Below, in pieces: positions 12,645-25,413 of a DNA stretch of 64,000 bases. The notes below the pieces were generated by a model. The model was not told the origin of the DNA. It searched no databases and worked only from the letters and a program-made list of their open reading frames with translations. The translations under genes and the position numbers were made by a program. Position 1 is the stretch's first letter; the number at the start of each line of letters is the position of its first letter. Source of the stretch: Camelus dromedarius (taxonomy: Eukaryota); the NCBI RefSeq assembly GCF_036321535.1, contig NC_087436.1, positions 90,646,001 through 90,710,000 on the forward strand, in the 5' to 3' direction.

Positions 12645-14957
12645 TGTGAACGGACCAATTACTGGTAATGAAATTGGATTAGTAATAGGAAAAACAAAAC
12701 AAAACAAAACCTCCCAACAAATGAAAGTCCAGGACAGATGGCTTCACAGGTGAACTCTACCAAGCATTTAGAGAAGAGTTAGCACCTATCCTTCTGAAAC
12801 TATTCCAAAAAATTTCAGAGGAACACTTCTGAACTCATTCTATGAGGCCACCATTACCCTGATACCAAAACCAAAGATATCACACTCAAAAAAGAAAATT
12901 ACAGGCTAATATCTCTTACGAATATAGATGCAAAAATTCTGAACAAAATATTAGCAAACTAAATCAAACAATACATTTGAAGGATCATACACCATGATCA
13001 AGTGGGATTCATCCCAGGGATGCAAGGATTTTTCAGTGTCCACCAATCAAACAATGTGATCCACCACACTAACAAATAGAACAAAGACCATGTGACCATC
13101 TCATAGATGCAGAAAAGCTTTTGATAAAATTCAACATCCATTTATGATAAAAACCCTCCAGAAAGTGGGAGCAGAGGGAACATTTGTCAGCATAATAAAG
13201 GTCATATATGACAAGCCCATAGCTAACATCATACTCAATAGTGAAAAGCTGAAAGCATTTCCTCTATGCTTAGGGACAAGACAAGGATGCTCACTATCAC
13301 CAATTTTTTTCAACATAGTATTGAAAGTCCTAGTCACAGCAATCAGAGAAGAAAAAGAAATAAAAAGAATCCAAATTGTGTTTTTCTTCCCTTGGATCAG
13401 CCCACCTCCTCTTCTTGGAGGTGAATTTTTCCTCTTCTAAATAAATCTTTTACAGTCTTTCATTGCACAACACACTATCTCCCAATTGTAAACTTATCTT
13501 TGGGGTGTGACAAGAACTGGGGTCTTTACCTTTTGGGGTAACATCTTTTGGTGCCATGACTCAGATTCCCCATTATCTGTCTTAGCTTATTTCTCCATAC
13601 TCTAGTGTAATCTCTCCTTCCCATCTCCCTCTCCTTCCCTGAGGAAAAAAATAAAAATAAAAAAACAAATCCAAATTGGAAAGGAGAAAATAAAACTGTC
13701 CCTATTTGCAGATGATATAACACTGTACACAGAAAATCCCAAAGATGCCACCAAAATACTGTTAGTGCTCATCAATGAATTAGGTAACGTTGTAGGATAC
13801 AAAATTAATATAAATTGGTTGCATTTCTATACACTAACCACAGACTATCAGAGAGAAATTAAGAAAACAATCCTACTTACAATCACTCAAAATGAATAAA
13901 ATACCTAGGAATAAACTTACCTAGGGAGGTAAAAGACCTGTACTTAAAAAACCTGATCAAAGAAACTTAAGAGGATACAAACAGATGGGCTGGAAGAATT
14001 AATATTGTTAAAATGACTGTAGTACCCAAGGCAATCCACAGATTCAACATAATCCATATCAAAATAACAGGACATTTTCCACAGAACTAAAACAAATCAT
14101 TTCAAATTTTGTATAGAAACACAAAAGACTCTGAATAGCCAAAACTATCTTGAGAAAGAAGAACAGAGCTAGAGGAATCACACTCCCTGACTTCAGACTC
14201 TACTACCAAGCTACAGTAATTAAAACAGGAAGGGGCTGGCATATAATACAGACATAGATCAATGGGACAGATTGAGAGCCCAGAAAAAAACCCATGCACT
14301 TAGAGTCAATTAATCTATAACAAATGAGGCAAAAATGGAGAAAAGACAGTCCTTCAATAAGTGGTGCTTGGAAAGATGGACAGATACATGTGAAAGAACA
14401 TAATTAGAACATTTTAATACCATATACAAAAACAAACTCAAAATGAAATAAAGACCTAGCATAAAACCAAAAACCACAAAACTCCTGGAAAAAAACAGAG
14501 GCAGAACACTCTTTGACATAAATCATAGCAGTATTTTTTGAATGTGTCTCTTAAAGCAAAGGAAACAAAAGCAAAAATAAACAAATGGGACCTAATTAAA
14601 TTTAAAAGCTTTTGCACAGCAAAGGAAACTACAAATAAAATAAAAAGACAACATGTTGAATGGGAGAAAAAGTTACAAATGATATGACTCCTAAGGGGTT
14701 AATATAAAAAAATATAAACAGCTTATATATCAGACATCAAAATAAAAACAACCTAATTAAAAAATGGGCAGAAGATCTGAATAGACATTTTTTTCCAAAG
14801 AAGTCATACAGATGGCCAATAGACACACGAAAAGATGCTCAACGTCATTAATCATCAGAGAAATACAAATTAAAATCACAATGAGATATCACTTCACATC
14901 TGTCAGAATGGCTGTCATCAGAAAGAACACAAATTACAAATGTTGGCCAGAAAGTGG
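12645..14957 (+). mobile_element. L1 ORF2 fragment (Z region, RT and C-terminal part), degenerate
   Basis: SPG-DGFTGE-YQ motif at the start, ORF 13144-13378 ([17 protein letters not shown]), KLSLFADD at ~13693-13716; many stops and frameshifts; no 3'UTR. Confidence 0.95.
13379..13667 (+). mobile_element. Retrotransposed ERV fragment (LTR 3' end + tRNA-His PBS + leader) with poly(A) tail
   Basis: TSD AATCCAAATTG at 13368-13378 and 13668-13678; AATAAA at 13440; LTR-like end ...GGTAACA at 13543; TGGTGCCATGACTCAGAT at 13549-13566; A-rich tail 13645-13667. Confidence 0.8.
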
Positions 14958-14958
14958 C

Positions 14959-15695
14959 CATTAATTCTGTTCTCATCTTTATTATTTCTTTCCTTCGGCT
15001 AATTTTGGGCTTTGTTTTCTAGTTCTGTAGGTGTAAAGTTATGTTGTTTGACATATTTCTATTTTCTTGATGTATGCCTTTATAGCTATAAACTTCTATC
15101 TTAAAAATTGTTTTCACTGCATCTCATACTTTTGGAATGATGTATTTTTGTTTTGTTTGTCTCAAGATACTTTTCCCTTTTAATTTCTTTGAACTTTTGG
15201 TTCTTCAATAGTATGTTTAATTTCCATGTATTTGTGATTTTTTTCCCACTTTCTTCCTGTTACTGACTTCTAGTTTCATACCATTGTACTAGGAAAAGGT
15301 GCTAGATACAATTTCAATCTCATTAAATTTCTTAAAGTTGCTTTGCAGCCCCACATATAATCTGTCCGGGAGAATCTTTTGCATACATTTGGGGTTAGAA
15401 TGTGTAAACCAGCACTGTTTGATGTCATGTTCTGTGTGGGTCCGTTGGATTCATTTCATCTATATTGTTATTTGGGTCTACTGTTTATTAATTTTCTGTC
15501 TGGATAATCTATCCACTATTGAAATTGAAATTGGGGTACTGAAGTCCTTTACTATTATTATATAGTTGTCTACATCTCCCTTGATTTATTTGACTATTTG
15601 CTTTAACTATTTAGGTTCTCCAAAATTGTGATGCATATATATTTACAACTGTCAAAACTCTTTATGAATTGACCCTTCAATTACTATTTCTGTCT
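14959..15695 (-). mobile_element. Older L1 ORF2 endonuclease-region fragment (antisense)
   Basis: ttttctgtctggataatctatccactattgaaat...tggggtactgaagtcctttactattatt is the reverse complement of the L1 EN IIVGDFNTPLS region. Confidence 0.85.
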
Positions 15696-18482
15696 CTTCT
15701 GAACTTCCATTACGATTTGAAAATTCAGGAGAATTGTACTCTTTCTCCAATGAATGTATTAGTAACTTTAAAAGTGAATGAATTCCCCCTCCAAGTTTAA
15801 CACATCATTATATTGTTTATTTAAAATCTAAGAAGTTTGAATAAAAATTAATCTTCATAATTGCTTTCAATATAAAAAATGATTGAAACAGATGATAATG
15901 CAACCAAAAGGAAATGGATATCATAAAAACTACCTTCTTAACTAAATCAATAAAAAAGTGAAAGTATTAGCCTATATTGGTTACATTATATTTCGAACTA
16001 TTCAAATTGGAATAATTCTAGCTATGAGTTAAGTTCAGGAAAAACTGACAATAAAAGAGTCATCTCATACACAAAGTATACCTCACATTTTTAGTCTAAC
16101 AAATAGTGTTTACAGAACAAGTTATACCTTATTTTGCAATACAAAACCATCTTGTTTTTTTTTTCTTCCAATCAAAATTCAATTTAGAGTCAGAAATAAA
16201 ATGATGTTCTTATTTCAACAGTGACTACATAATTGAAATAACTTGATTTTTCTGAAGACTGTATTTTTTAATGTTCATCTGGGTATAATACTAGAGTCCC
16301 TTTCAGCCTTTAAATACATTCAGTTTGTGAATGTAAAACACACCTTTTTCAGCTCCACTTATTCTGCAGAAGGACCCTTCCATATCAAGGATGAACAATA
16401 TGCATCATGGGTTCAAAAATTTCAATTTGCAGCTATCCTTAGCAAATAATGAGAACCATCTGGACTGATTGATGTGGAAATTGAAAGTAATTGATCCTGC
16501 AATTGAGAAGCTTTTATGAAACATGAAATTAAACAAGATGATATTAAGCATTCTGAAGTTCATCAGAATGACACATCAAAAGTGTTACTAATTGTTCATT
16601 TTCCTTCATATCATATGAAGAGACTTGACTGGCAGAATGCAGCAGAAATAGAAGCTAAAAATTCTACATATTGATGTACTGATCAAAAGTCCACAGCTGG
16701 TTTACTTAGTTACAATAAGCATTCTCTGTGGATCATAAAGTCTTTCATTTCTTGATAAATGTTATCTGTAGGTAAAAAACTATTAGTGGAATTATAATTA
16801 TTAACATGCACAGATCACCCTTAAAAGAGCAAACAATGTTGAAGGAAATTAGCAATAATTTTACCTTTGAATAAAGTTCCATTATTTCAGATTATTTTCT
16901 TATTATCTCCTTCTTGTAAAAAGGAGCACTTCACAAGGCCAGTTAAACATTACCTGATTTCCACAGCAAACTTCATGGTAAGCAGAGTTTATTCTTCCCA
17001 TCTTAAGAATAAAAAGCTAACTCCCAGCGGTTATATCATTTGCTTAAGGCTGAGTAAATAGAAAACTGAGCCAAGACACTAATTTTTTTCTTTGTTTTTA
17101 ACTTATAGCCTAAAATAATTTCCATTATACCATATTGTTTCTTGATAGGGAAACACTAACAGAGAACTGAAAGCATACACATTACTAGAAAGTTTTTAAT
17201 ATCCCATATTACTTATAATTTTTTGCTTAATTCCTTAAATAAAAAGACATTGATTCATGAGAATTCTTCCACATTTGCCTGTTATTCAACTATATCACTA
17301 ACTCAGGCACTATTCAAAATTCTCCAGGATCAAAAGGACACCTGACTACAGTGGCCAGTGTGACTCCCGATAGAATAAGAAGACAGGCATTTTGTAATTT
17401 GAGGATGACATCCTGGAATTTATGAATGTCCAGAGAGTAGTATAAAAGAAAAACAAAGACCTGAGCCTAGTAAAAAGCAGTCCTGCTATTTCTGGAGCTG
17501 CTTAAAGCCACAATAAGAATCTTCCCAAAATCTGGGCATACAGTCCCACAATGGCCTCTTCTGGTATTATCTTGGAAATACCTCTCAGTAAGGAGCATTA
17601 TAAAATTTGGCAAATTTTAAAATGTGGCCATGTAAGAAAGCAGCTAACAACTCTGTGTCATCTGTCTCAACGCTGAAAGCAAAACACCACAGCCTGACTC
17701 AGAGAAGCCTCATATATGTACTTGGAGAGATGAAGGCTATTCAGTAACCCTTATATTTAAAATAAACCATGGAATGCATAGTCTTGGAGTTACGCATATT
17801 TGTATAGGAAAGTAATATACCCTTTTTGTTTCATTAAACCTGCTGGAGAGGTTTCATGGAGAAAATGAGATTTTTATAAGCAATGTTAGGGGGAAAAAAA
17901 AAGACAACTTGAGAGATTGTGGAGAAAAGGCCATGTTTCAGAAGTAAAACATAGCTTGAGAGAGCTCAGGGGCAAGAAGTAATGGTCATGAATGGTCAGT
18001 GTAAATGAACCATTTAGGCAATAAGATGTAGCCACCAAAGCAAAGTGGTACTACAACCCACGTGGGGCCATATAATGTTGGATGTTCCCCTAATGCAGGA
18101 GTAGGATCAAGCAAACTGATTGAAGATGCCCATCAACCAGTGAGCAAATTAGAATGAGCTCTCACACATTTTTACTCTCAACACTTTGCTGCATTAAGTG
18201 AGCAAATATGCCTCTCAAACTATGTAGGAAAAAGCTTTAGTAATTTAATAAGAAGGTGAAATTAATAACCTGCTTGAGACTGTAGGAGAACAGGACACTG
18301 AGTTCCTGTTTCTTCAAAGACATACACATTGCATTCTACTTTATACGGTGGATTACCTTTCGTCACTGAATTGAAAACAAAAACTCAAGAAAATCTGAAC
18401 CCCCACCTATCCCTCCAAAAAGCTTGTTTTTATTAGCTTACTTGAAGGGTATTTCTAATTTTATCAATACTAAATAAATGTT

Positions 18483-18554
18483 GGAGGGAGGGTATAGCTC
18501 AGTGGTTCAATCCCCAGTACCTCCACTAAATAAGTAAGTAAGTAAGTAAGTAAG

Positions 18555-18600
<46 letters not shown>

Positions 18601-18607
18601 TAAAAAT
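18483..18607 (+). mobile_element. Vic-1-type tRNA-Ala-derived SINE, internally deleted, with (TAAG)n(TAAA)n tail
   Basis: ggagggagggtatagctcagtggttcaatccccagtacctcc; TSD TAAATAAATGTT (18471-18482) / TAGATAAATGTT (18608-18619). Confidence 0.85.
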
Positions 18608-18679
18608 TAGATAAATGTTACAACTTACCATATATTGGTTGTATCATATGCCCCATATATCTAAACATGTTTCAAATTT

Positions 18680-18890
18680 TTTTACATGTTATTAACATCC
18701 GTGTTTTTATTATAATTACCAAGGCATACCAGCTGCATATCAATTCTTGAGGTAGATGGCATTATTAATTCCTTATTACACATGAGTAAATTCAGAAACT
18801 GAGAAACCATCCAAGATTTTCCAGGTGTTAGTCAGTGGACCAGGCTTCAACACAATCTGGCTCCAGAGCCATCTGTTAACCTCTGTTACA
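18680..18890 (-). mobile_element. MIR SINE
   Basis: gaggtagatggcattattaattccttattacacatgagtaaatt...tctggctccagagcc. Confidence 0.65.
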
Positions 18891-19789
18891 TTTGCTGTTA
18901 GACCTTCAGTTCTTTATGCAGCAGAAAGCAGGCAAGAGAAGCATTAGATGCTCTGTTAGCTGATAAGCAAACCGCTATAACAAATAAACTCCAGAATTCA
19001 GTAATTCTCACACAATGTGAGCACTGTTCTATAATGGTCCACGGCTGATGTTCTGACCAGCAGGTCCTTTTGACTGACTGGTCCATGAGTTTATTAGTTT
19101 TGTTGCCAAACTTCCACCCCAGTGTTCTTCCCCACACCTCATTCCCAATTCTCCTCACACTGTCCATCTATTTATGTAGAATGAACATGCTCACCCTCAC
19201 CTTCACTTTTACTGGAAGAAGAAACCTGGGTTTTAAAAATATAATCAGGGAGTAGTTAGGGATTTCATTATTGGTTTTTCATTCTGTCAATGTAATACAT
19301 TTATCTGGTGTTGAATAGCTTACACAGGCAGTTCAATTGTTAATCTTGATTTATTTAATCCACATGCAAGGTTATACATTTGTACTATTATCACAAGTAT
19401 TAATTACTTCTAGTCTAATAGTAATTAGTGTTATGTATATTAAGATTAGAGGAAAAAAAAGCATGTTATCTATCATTTCACTTGGGACTAATGAGTAATG
19501 GAATTCTGTGTTCTAGTCCAAGTCCAGGGCTATTTCTACTAGAATGCAGTTGTGCCCTCTTCATAAACCATCAAAAGTACCAGAGCTGTAAGTATTATTT
19601 GCATCATATAACTATCACACTTGAATGTAAATTATTATTTGAGTAATCATTTTATCAGGGAATAATTTTTAATGGAGCACAGGAACGTAGAATGAGATTA
19701 CTCACAATATGTGGCACATTGTACATTGTATTAATTGATACAAATCTGGCATTTTTCATTTGATTTATTTCTATATGTATTTTTAAGAA

Positions 19790-20290
19790 TCTAATGAATA
19801 CTTGTGAATTTAGTACCAAATCCAATAACTAGATCTTTGAAAATAATTTACATGTACCCATGTACCTCATGTGCTTTTTTCCTTTCCTGATTACACGTGT
19901 TCCCATCCTGTCTACAACCAGAAGTAATTGTTATCCTGTATTTTAATAATGGTTATGTGTAGAGGTGTGTGCACGTGTGTGTATGTGTGTGGGTGGCTGA
20001 GTTTATGTTTGAATTTTTTTAAAGAACATCAAGCTGCATGTAGTTTTCTAAGACTTCTAAGATTTAAATTTAAAACATTCAGCGTTATGAAACCAAGAAT
20101 TAACCATGCTATTGCACATTTCCAAAGCTCATTCATTTTCACTATTGCATCAATGTCCCTGGTGGACATTTACCATAATGCATGTATCCAATTTACAACA
20201 GACTGTCATTTGGGATTTTAGGGATTATGAAGGGCTTATCTAAAAACCCTTGTATATGTCTCTTGGCACATATATGCATACATTTTTCAG
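19790..20290 (-). mobile_element. Ancient L1 (L1ME-like) 3' fragment
   Basis: ctcattcattttcactattgcat...ttaccataat...gtcatttggg...ccttgtatatgtctcttggcacatatatgca. Confidence 0.65.
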
Positions 20291-21639
20291 TCTCTTAACA
20301 TTTTTCTCATTTTTCACTTATAAAACAAGGGTAATTACTAGTGTCCATCTCATAGAACTGTCATAAAGATTAAAAGAAAGGTTACACATAAAATGCTCTT
20401 AAATTGCTTTGTATTTAATAGGGGATTGATAACTGCCTGTTAATTTTATATTGAGAATCTGTGACTCAGAGGTTATGCAAATATTGATTATAAAATCTAA
20501 CAGTCATGAGTAACTTGGGGGAGTTCTTAGGGATACTGGTAAGGGCCAAACAAAATAATCACAACTGAACTCATCTTGCATAGATATAGCCCTAAAGAGA
20601 TGGTTACACTCACATATATAGAAATGAGCTGAGGAAATTGAGGATGTTTATACACGTGAGTTCACATCTACTCAAGCCTGTAACCATATAAGCAGAGTAG
20701 TCCTAGTGAGTAGAGGGTAACAATTGTTTCCACCAATCCAATTCAATCTATCAGCGTATGTTTCCTCCTCGGGATCCATATGCTCTCATGACAAAGAGTA
20801 ACTCCCTCAGAATTTTACTTATTCCCAGATCCTGGAACCCCAAAACACCACATTCATACAAGTCCTAGGCATTGAATGCCCTGAATATTTTGGTGTAACC
20901 ATTTATTTATTAACACTCACTTGTGGTGAATGAAAAAGCACTTCCGACTGCTCCTGTGAACCTAAGTCATTACTTTCATATATCCTTAGTACACATGCTC
21001 TCCAAAGACACAATTTCAGCATTTTTTAAAGAAAATAGCAGCTGTCGGAGGGAAGATTTGTGTAAACATAAACAGAAGCTTCTCTGTGTTCATTAAACTC
21101 CTCTACAATCTCTTGGTCATTGTTCTCATTAGATAAATAGATGTGCATTGATACTGCCTTAAAATGATAAAACTATTGGCATCTCTAATGTACTTGGTCA
21201 CATCAACACCTCAGCTGTGGCAGTCTTCCTGAAGGTGCCAACACTGTATTTACCCTATTGAGGCCCACCATGGGAACCAAGGAGGACTGGGAGTCAGGAG
21301 TTAGTCTGCAGAAGGTAGCGACCAGCTCTGAAGTCAGAGAATACAAGCTACTGTGCTCAGCACTACATGATATTGGCCAAGTTACTAAGTATCTCTGAGT
21401 TTCTTTCTTTCTCTTTGTATATATGTTTTAAATATGCAAAAATTAAGTTCTTCAAAATAAAACTTTAAGAAAAAAAGGACGTCCTCATTACCTCCAGTCT
21501 AGTGGTGAGAATGGAATGGGTTAATTCAAATAAAGTTCTATGATCAATGTCTGAAACTTATTAAGTCATCAATAAATGTTATCTTTATCATCAGCAGGGA
21601 GAAATAACTTTACACCCATGTTATATTAAAATACATTAC

Positions 21640-22912
21640 AATAAGCAAGGGGGAAAAGCTAGAATGAGCCATGTAGTCATGGATTAGACTTGGAGACATC
21701 AGTAACAACTCATATTTAGCTGAATATATTATATATGGTTGCAAATAGTAATATTTATACATTTATGCATATACATGGGTTAGTATACACACATATGTTT
21801 CTTTGCTCTGTCAGCTGAGAGGTCCACCTCAATAGCAAAAAGCACAGATCTTAGTTTTTAATGTCATTTTCCTATGAAAGGAACCAGAAGCTCCTTGGAG
21901 AAATGTCTGACTCAAGGATTGGGGCAGGAATTATAAAAGATGAGCTTAGAACATGTTCCAGTGCAGAAAGTAAGGACATACTGAAAAAACAAACAAACAA
22001 ACAAGCAAAAAAACACAGAACATTGGAGGTATGTGGGAATATGTTAAAGGGATTCAGGGACCAACTGGATGGAAGAACTCTCAACAGCCAAAACTAGGAA
22101 AATTTGAGCAACAAAATAAGTAAATTCATTATATTATAACCCAAAATAATAAAATTAATATCTGTGAGTCCATACTCATGTTTATAAAGTATTAAGCAAG
22201 TTAATAAATAAAGAAAAGTCTCCCATCCAGAATAATTCCAAATAATTTAGGTTGATATTTCTCCCTCAAGGAGGGAGAGCATAAACCTCTATCCCATAAA
22301 TGTGGGCTGCTCACAGTGACTCTTCCAAAGAGTACAATATGGAAAGATGGGGAAAAGAGTACGTTTACAGTGGAGAATCTGATAAACACTACCTCGGCCA
22401 GGGTTACCATCAACAGTCATGAATCATACTGTTTATTATATATCCTTCATATGATGTGATGAAAACAGCAATGTCTGTGACCTTCCTCCCTAAAACCTAT
22501 AACCCAACTCTAAGCATGAGGAAAACAACTGAAAAATTCCAGTAGAGGAGAATCCTACAAAACACCTCACCAATACTCTGCAAAATTATCAAAGGATCAG
22601 AAACAAGGAAAGTCTGAGAAATTGCCATAGCCTATAGGGGCAGAAGGAGATAGGACAGTTAAATGGAATACGATGCACTGGATGGGCTCCTGAGACAGAA
22701 AGAGGATATTAGATAAAAACTTAGCAAATCTGAACAAATTATGGACTTTGTTAAAAATTATATATCAATCTTGGATCATTAATTGTAGTAAATGTACCAT
22801 ATTAATGTAAAAGATGTTAATAAAAGAGGATCCTAGGACTGGGTATATGGGAACACTTTCTACTATCTTCTCAATTTTTCTGTAAATCTAACACTGGTTT
22901 AAAAATAAATTC
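21640..22912 (+). mobile_element. L1 3'UTR (L1MC/L1MD-type)
   Basis: aaaggaaccagaagctccttggagaaatg, ctccctcaaggagggagagcataa, aaatgtaccatattaatgtaaaagatgttaat, ending ttctgtaaatctaacactggtttaaaaataaa. Confidence 0.85.
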
Positions 22913-25080
22913 TATTATAAATTCTATTATAATAATTGGAAGTGTCTTCTCTAAGATCTTGGTTAATCATTTCAGAGGATAGCAGGTTGCACGAAAAGTA
23001 CTTTAACATTCGACTGATAGAGTTTATTTCTACCTCTGCCACTTTGCAGATGCAGTAATTAGCACCATGCCTTACCACTTAAAGACCTTAAAGGCAGAGT
23101 GCCCTTTGATGTGTACAATGAACATAAAAGTATCAACCTCAGGAAGTAACAATGAGGAACAAGTTAAATCAAATATACAGAGCACCCCAAACAATGCCAG
23201 TCATGGAAAGCTTAAATGATCTGCCCGAGAATTCACAATTGGCATAGAGAGAGCCAGGATTTGGGTCCAGCTCTGTCAGATCCCACTGCCCATGATCTTG
23301 TCATTATGATACACAGACTGTAATTCAAAAATCAGAATTCAGCCATTAGAGCCAGTCATTTGGCACAGTGATTTGTTTCTATAGGCCCTTACCAGACTAA
23401 ATATCCTTTAACAGTGACAAAGTGAGCTTGAAGCCTACGTATAACAGCCATTGTGAGTCCTTCCCCTGAGATCTGGAACAAAGGCCAAGAGGTGATGTAT
23501 AAAGGCTGCTGGAAGTAATCAAGACGTGGAGATGAAGGAACACGGGCAAAGAGCAATACAGAATACTGGAAGGGAGGCAAAGGGTTAAAAACTGTATCTC
23601 CCTTGTCCCCAACTAAACTGTCTGTATTCTTGGCTTTCTGAAACTGGATTGCCAAATTCAATTAAATTCAACATACCCTGATTAGGTATCCACCATCGGA
23701 TACTTCAGGGTAAATATGACATATGTCCTGGCATGTAAATCTGATTCAACCCCACGTAATTTAAAGCAACCATCTTTTGCTCATTCAGGTAAGCAGCTTG
23801 TGCATTTTATGGTAAGGAATCTAAGCCCAAATGAATTTCAAAAACCAAAGACTTCACAGGAGCATGGGGGTTGTAACTGACCTCTGCAAACTACATCCTT
23901 AGCTCCCTCAGGTCACACATTCACTGTTCTCTGCCATGGGGTTTGACAGATTATGTGTCCAGCATCACAAGAGGCACTGAGAACAACGCAAGACTGAACA
24001 TGGCATGACTACTCTCTTGTAGGTGCTGACACACAGAAAGACAAGGCAGACACACAAATGTGTAATTATAGTTCAACACAATTTTCAGCCATGGTAGGGG
24101 AAGTTCTCATTTTATTTCTCATTTATCAACCATTAGTTGAGTTCTTACTGCCCCCAACCAGCCAGTTGATAAAATCTGTACATATTATTAGATCAATCTG
24201 AGACCTCAAGTTCAGTAGCATATAACCATTGCTTTACATTAACAACGACTGAGGCAGTAAGCAAAATCTAGACATGCCTGTGGAAAACAGACAAATTCAG
24301 AGTTGCCTCTTTTGTTTGTTTTTAAATCTAAGGCTGTCATCCTAGTAAAATGGGAAAAACTAATTAAAGAATTCAGTTATATAATGAAAAATTTAGGGTA
24401 TTTAAAAAGATTATGTCTCCAAAGTATTAGAAACTGTCATATGTATCTGTATCTATGTATATTATATATTACATAGATAGAATACCAAGACAGATCCTGA
24501 ATCATGAGCTACAAATATATAAACATATAAACCATGGACACATATTTGAAACTTGAAATATGTAACTTTTCAGCAAGGTTACTCCTAAAAATGTTACCAG
24601 GACTTGGAGCACTTTGTGACGACATATGTGTCAGAACTCATTAGCAATTTAGTATCATTTCCTCCCACAGTGAATTATGAATTCACTCTCACTGTTCTTT
24701 TCTGCCTCTGAGCTGCATCAACTGTTTCTGAGAAACAGAGGTTGAAAAGCACTAGGGAAGAACCTAACGTACAGAACGTAACCTATTTTTAGAATTTAGC
24801 TCATTCTGACGTGAATGCACGATCCACTGCAGCCACAATACCTGGGAATTTCCTGTGCTTAGTAAACAAGGTCAATATAAAGCATTCACTGTATCTGGAG
24901 CTGTAAAATTCACCAAACATTTAACATAGATTTTAATGTAGGATTGAAAAAGGCTTGAAAATTTCACAAATTGCCAAATCGAGTCATTGCAATAAACAAA
25001 GAGAAGGATGGAAAATGCTGTAAGTATTCAACAGAGGAAGCAAGGAAAAGAGGAAAAGATGGAAAGGAGAAAAAGGAAGG

Positions 25081-25413
25081 TGTCTTAGTCTGATCAGGTT
25101 GCTGTAACGAACAGAAATTTATTTCTCACGGTTCCGGAGGCTGGGAAGTCCAGAATATGCACTGGCATATTTGGTGTCTGGTGAGCTTCAGTTTCTTTAT
25201 CGATGGCTGTCTTCTCACTGTAACTCACATGTCAGAAGGGGAAAGGGAGCTGTCTCTCGGGCTTCTTTACAAGAGCACCAGATCCCATTCATGAGGGCTG
25301 CCCAGCAAGACCAAATCACCTCCTAGAGGCCCCATCTCCTGACACACTGGGCATTAGGTTTCAACACACGAATTTGGGGAGCGGGAGGGACATAAAACAT
25401 TCAGACTATTGTA
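25081..25413 (-). mobile_element. MaLR solo LTR (MLT1A/MST-like)
   Basis: tgtcttagtc...cagaaatttatttctcacggttccggaggctgggaagtcc...aacattcagactattgta; TSD GAAGG / GAGGG. Confidence 0.85.
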
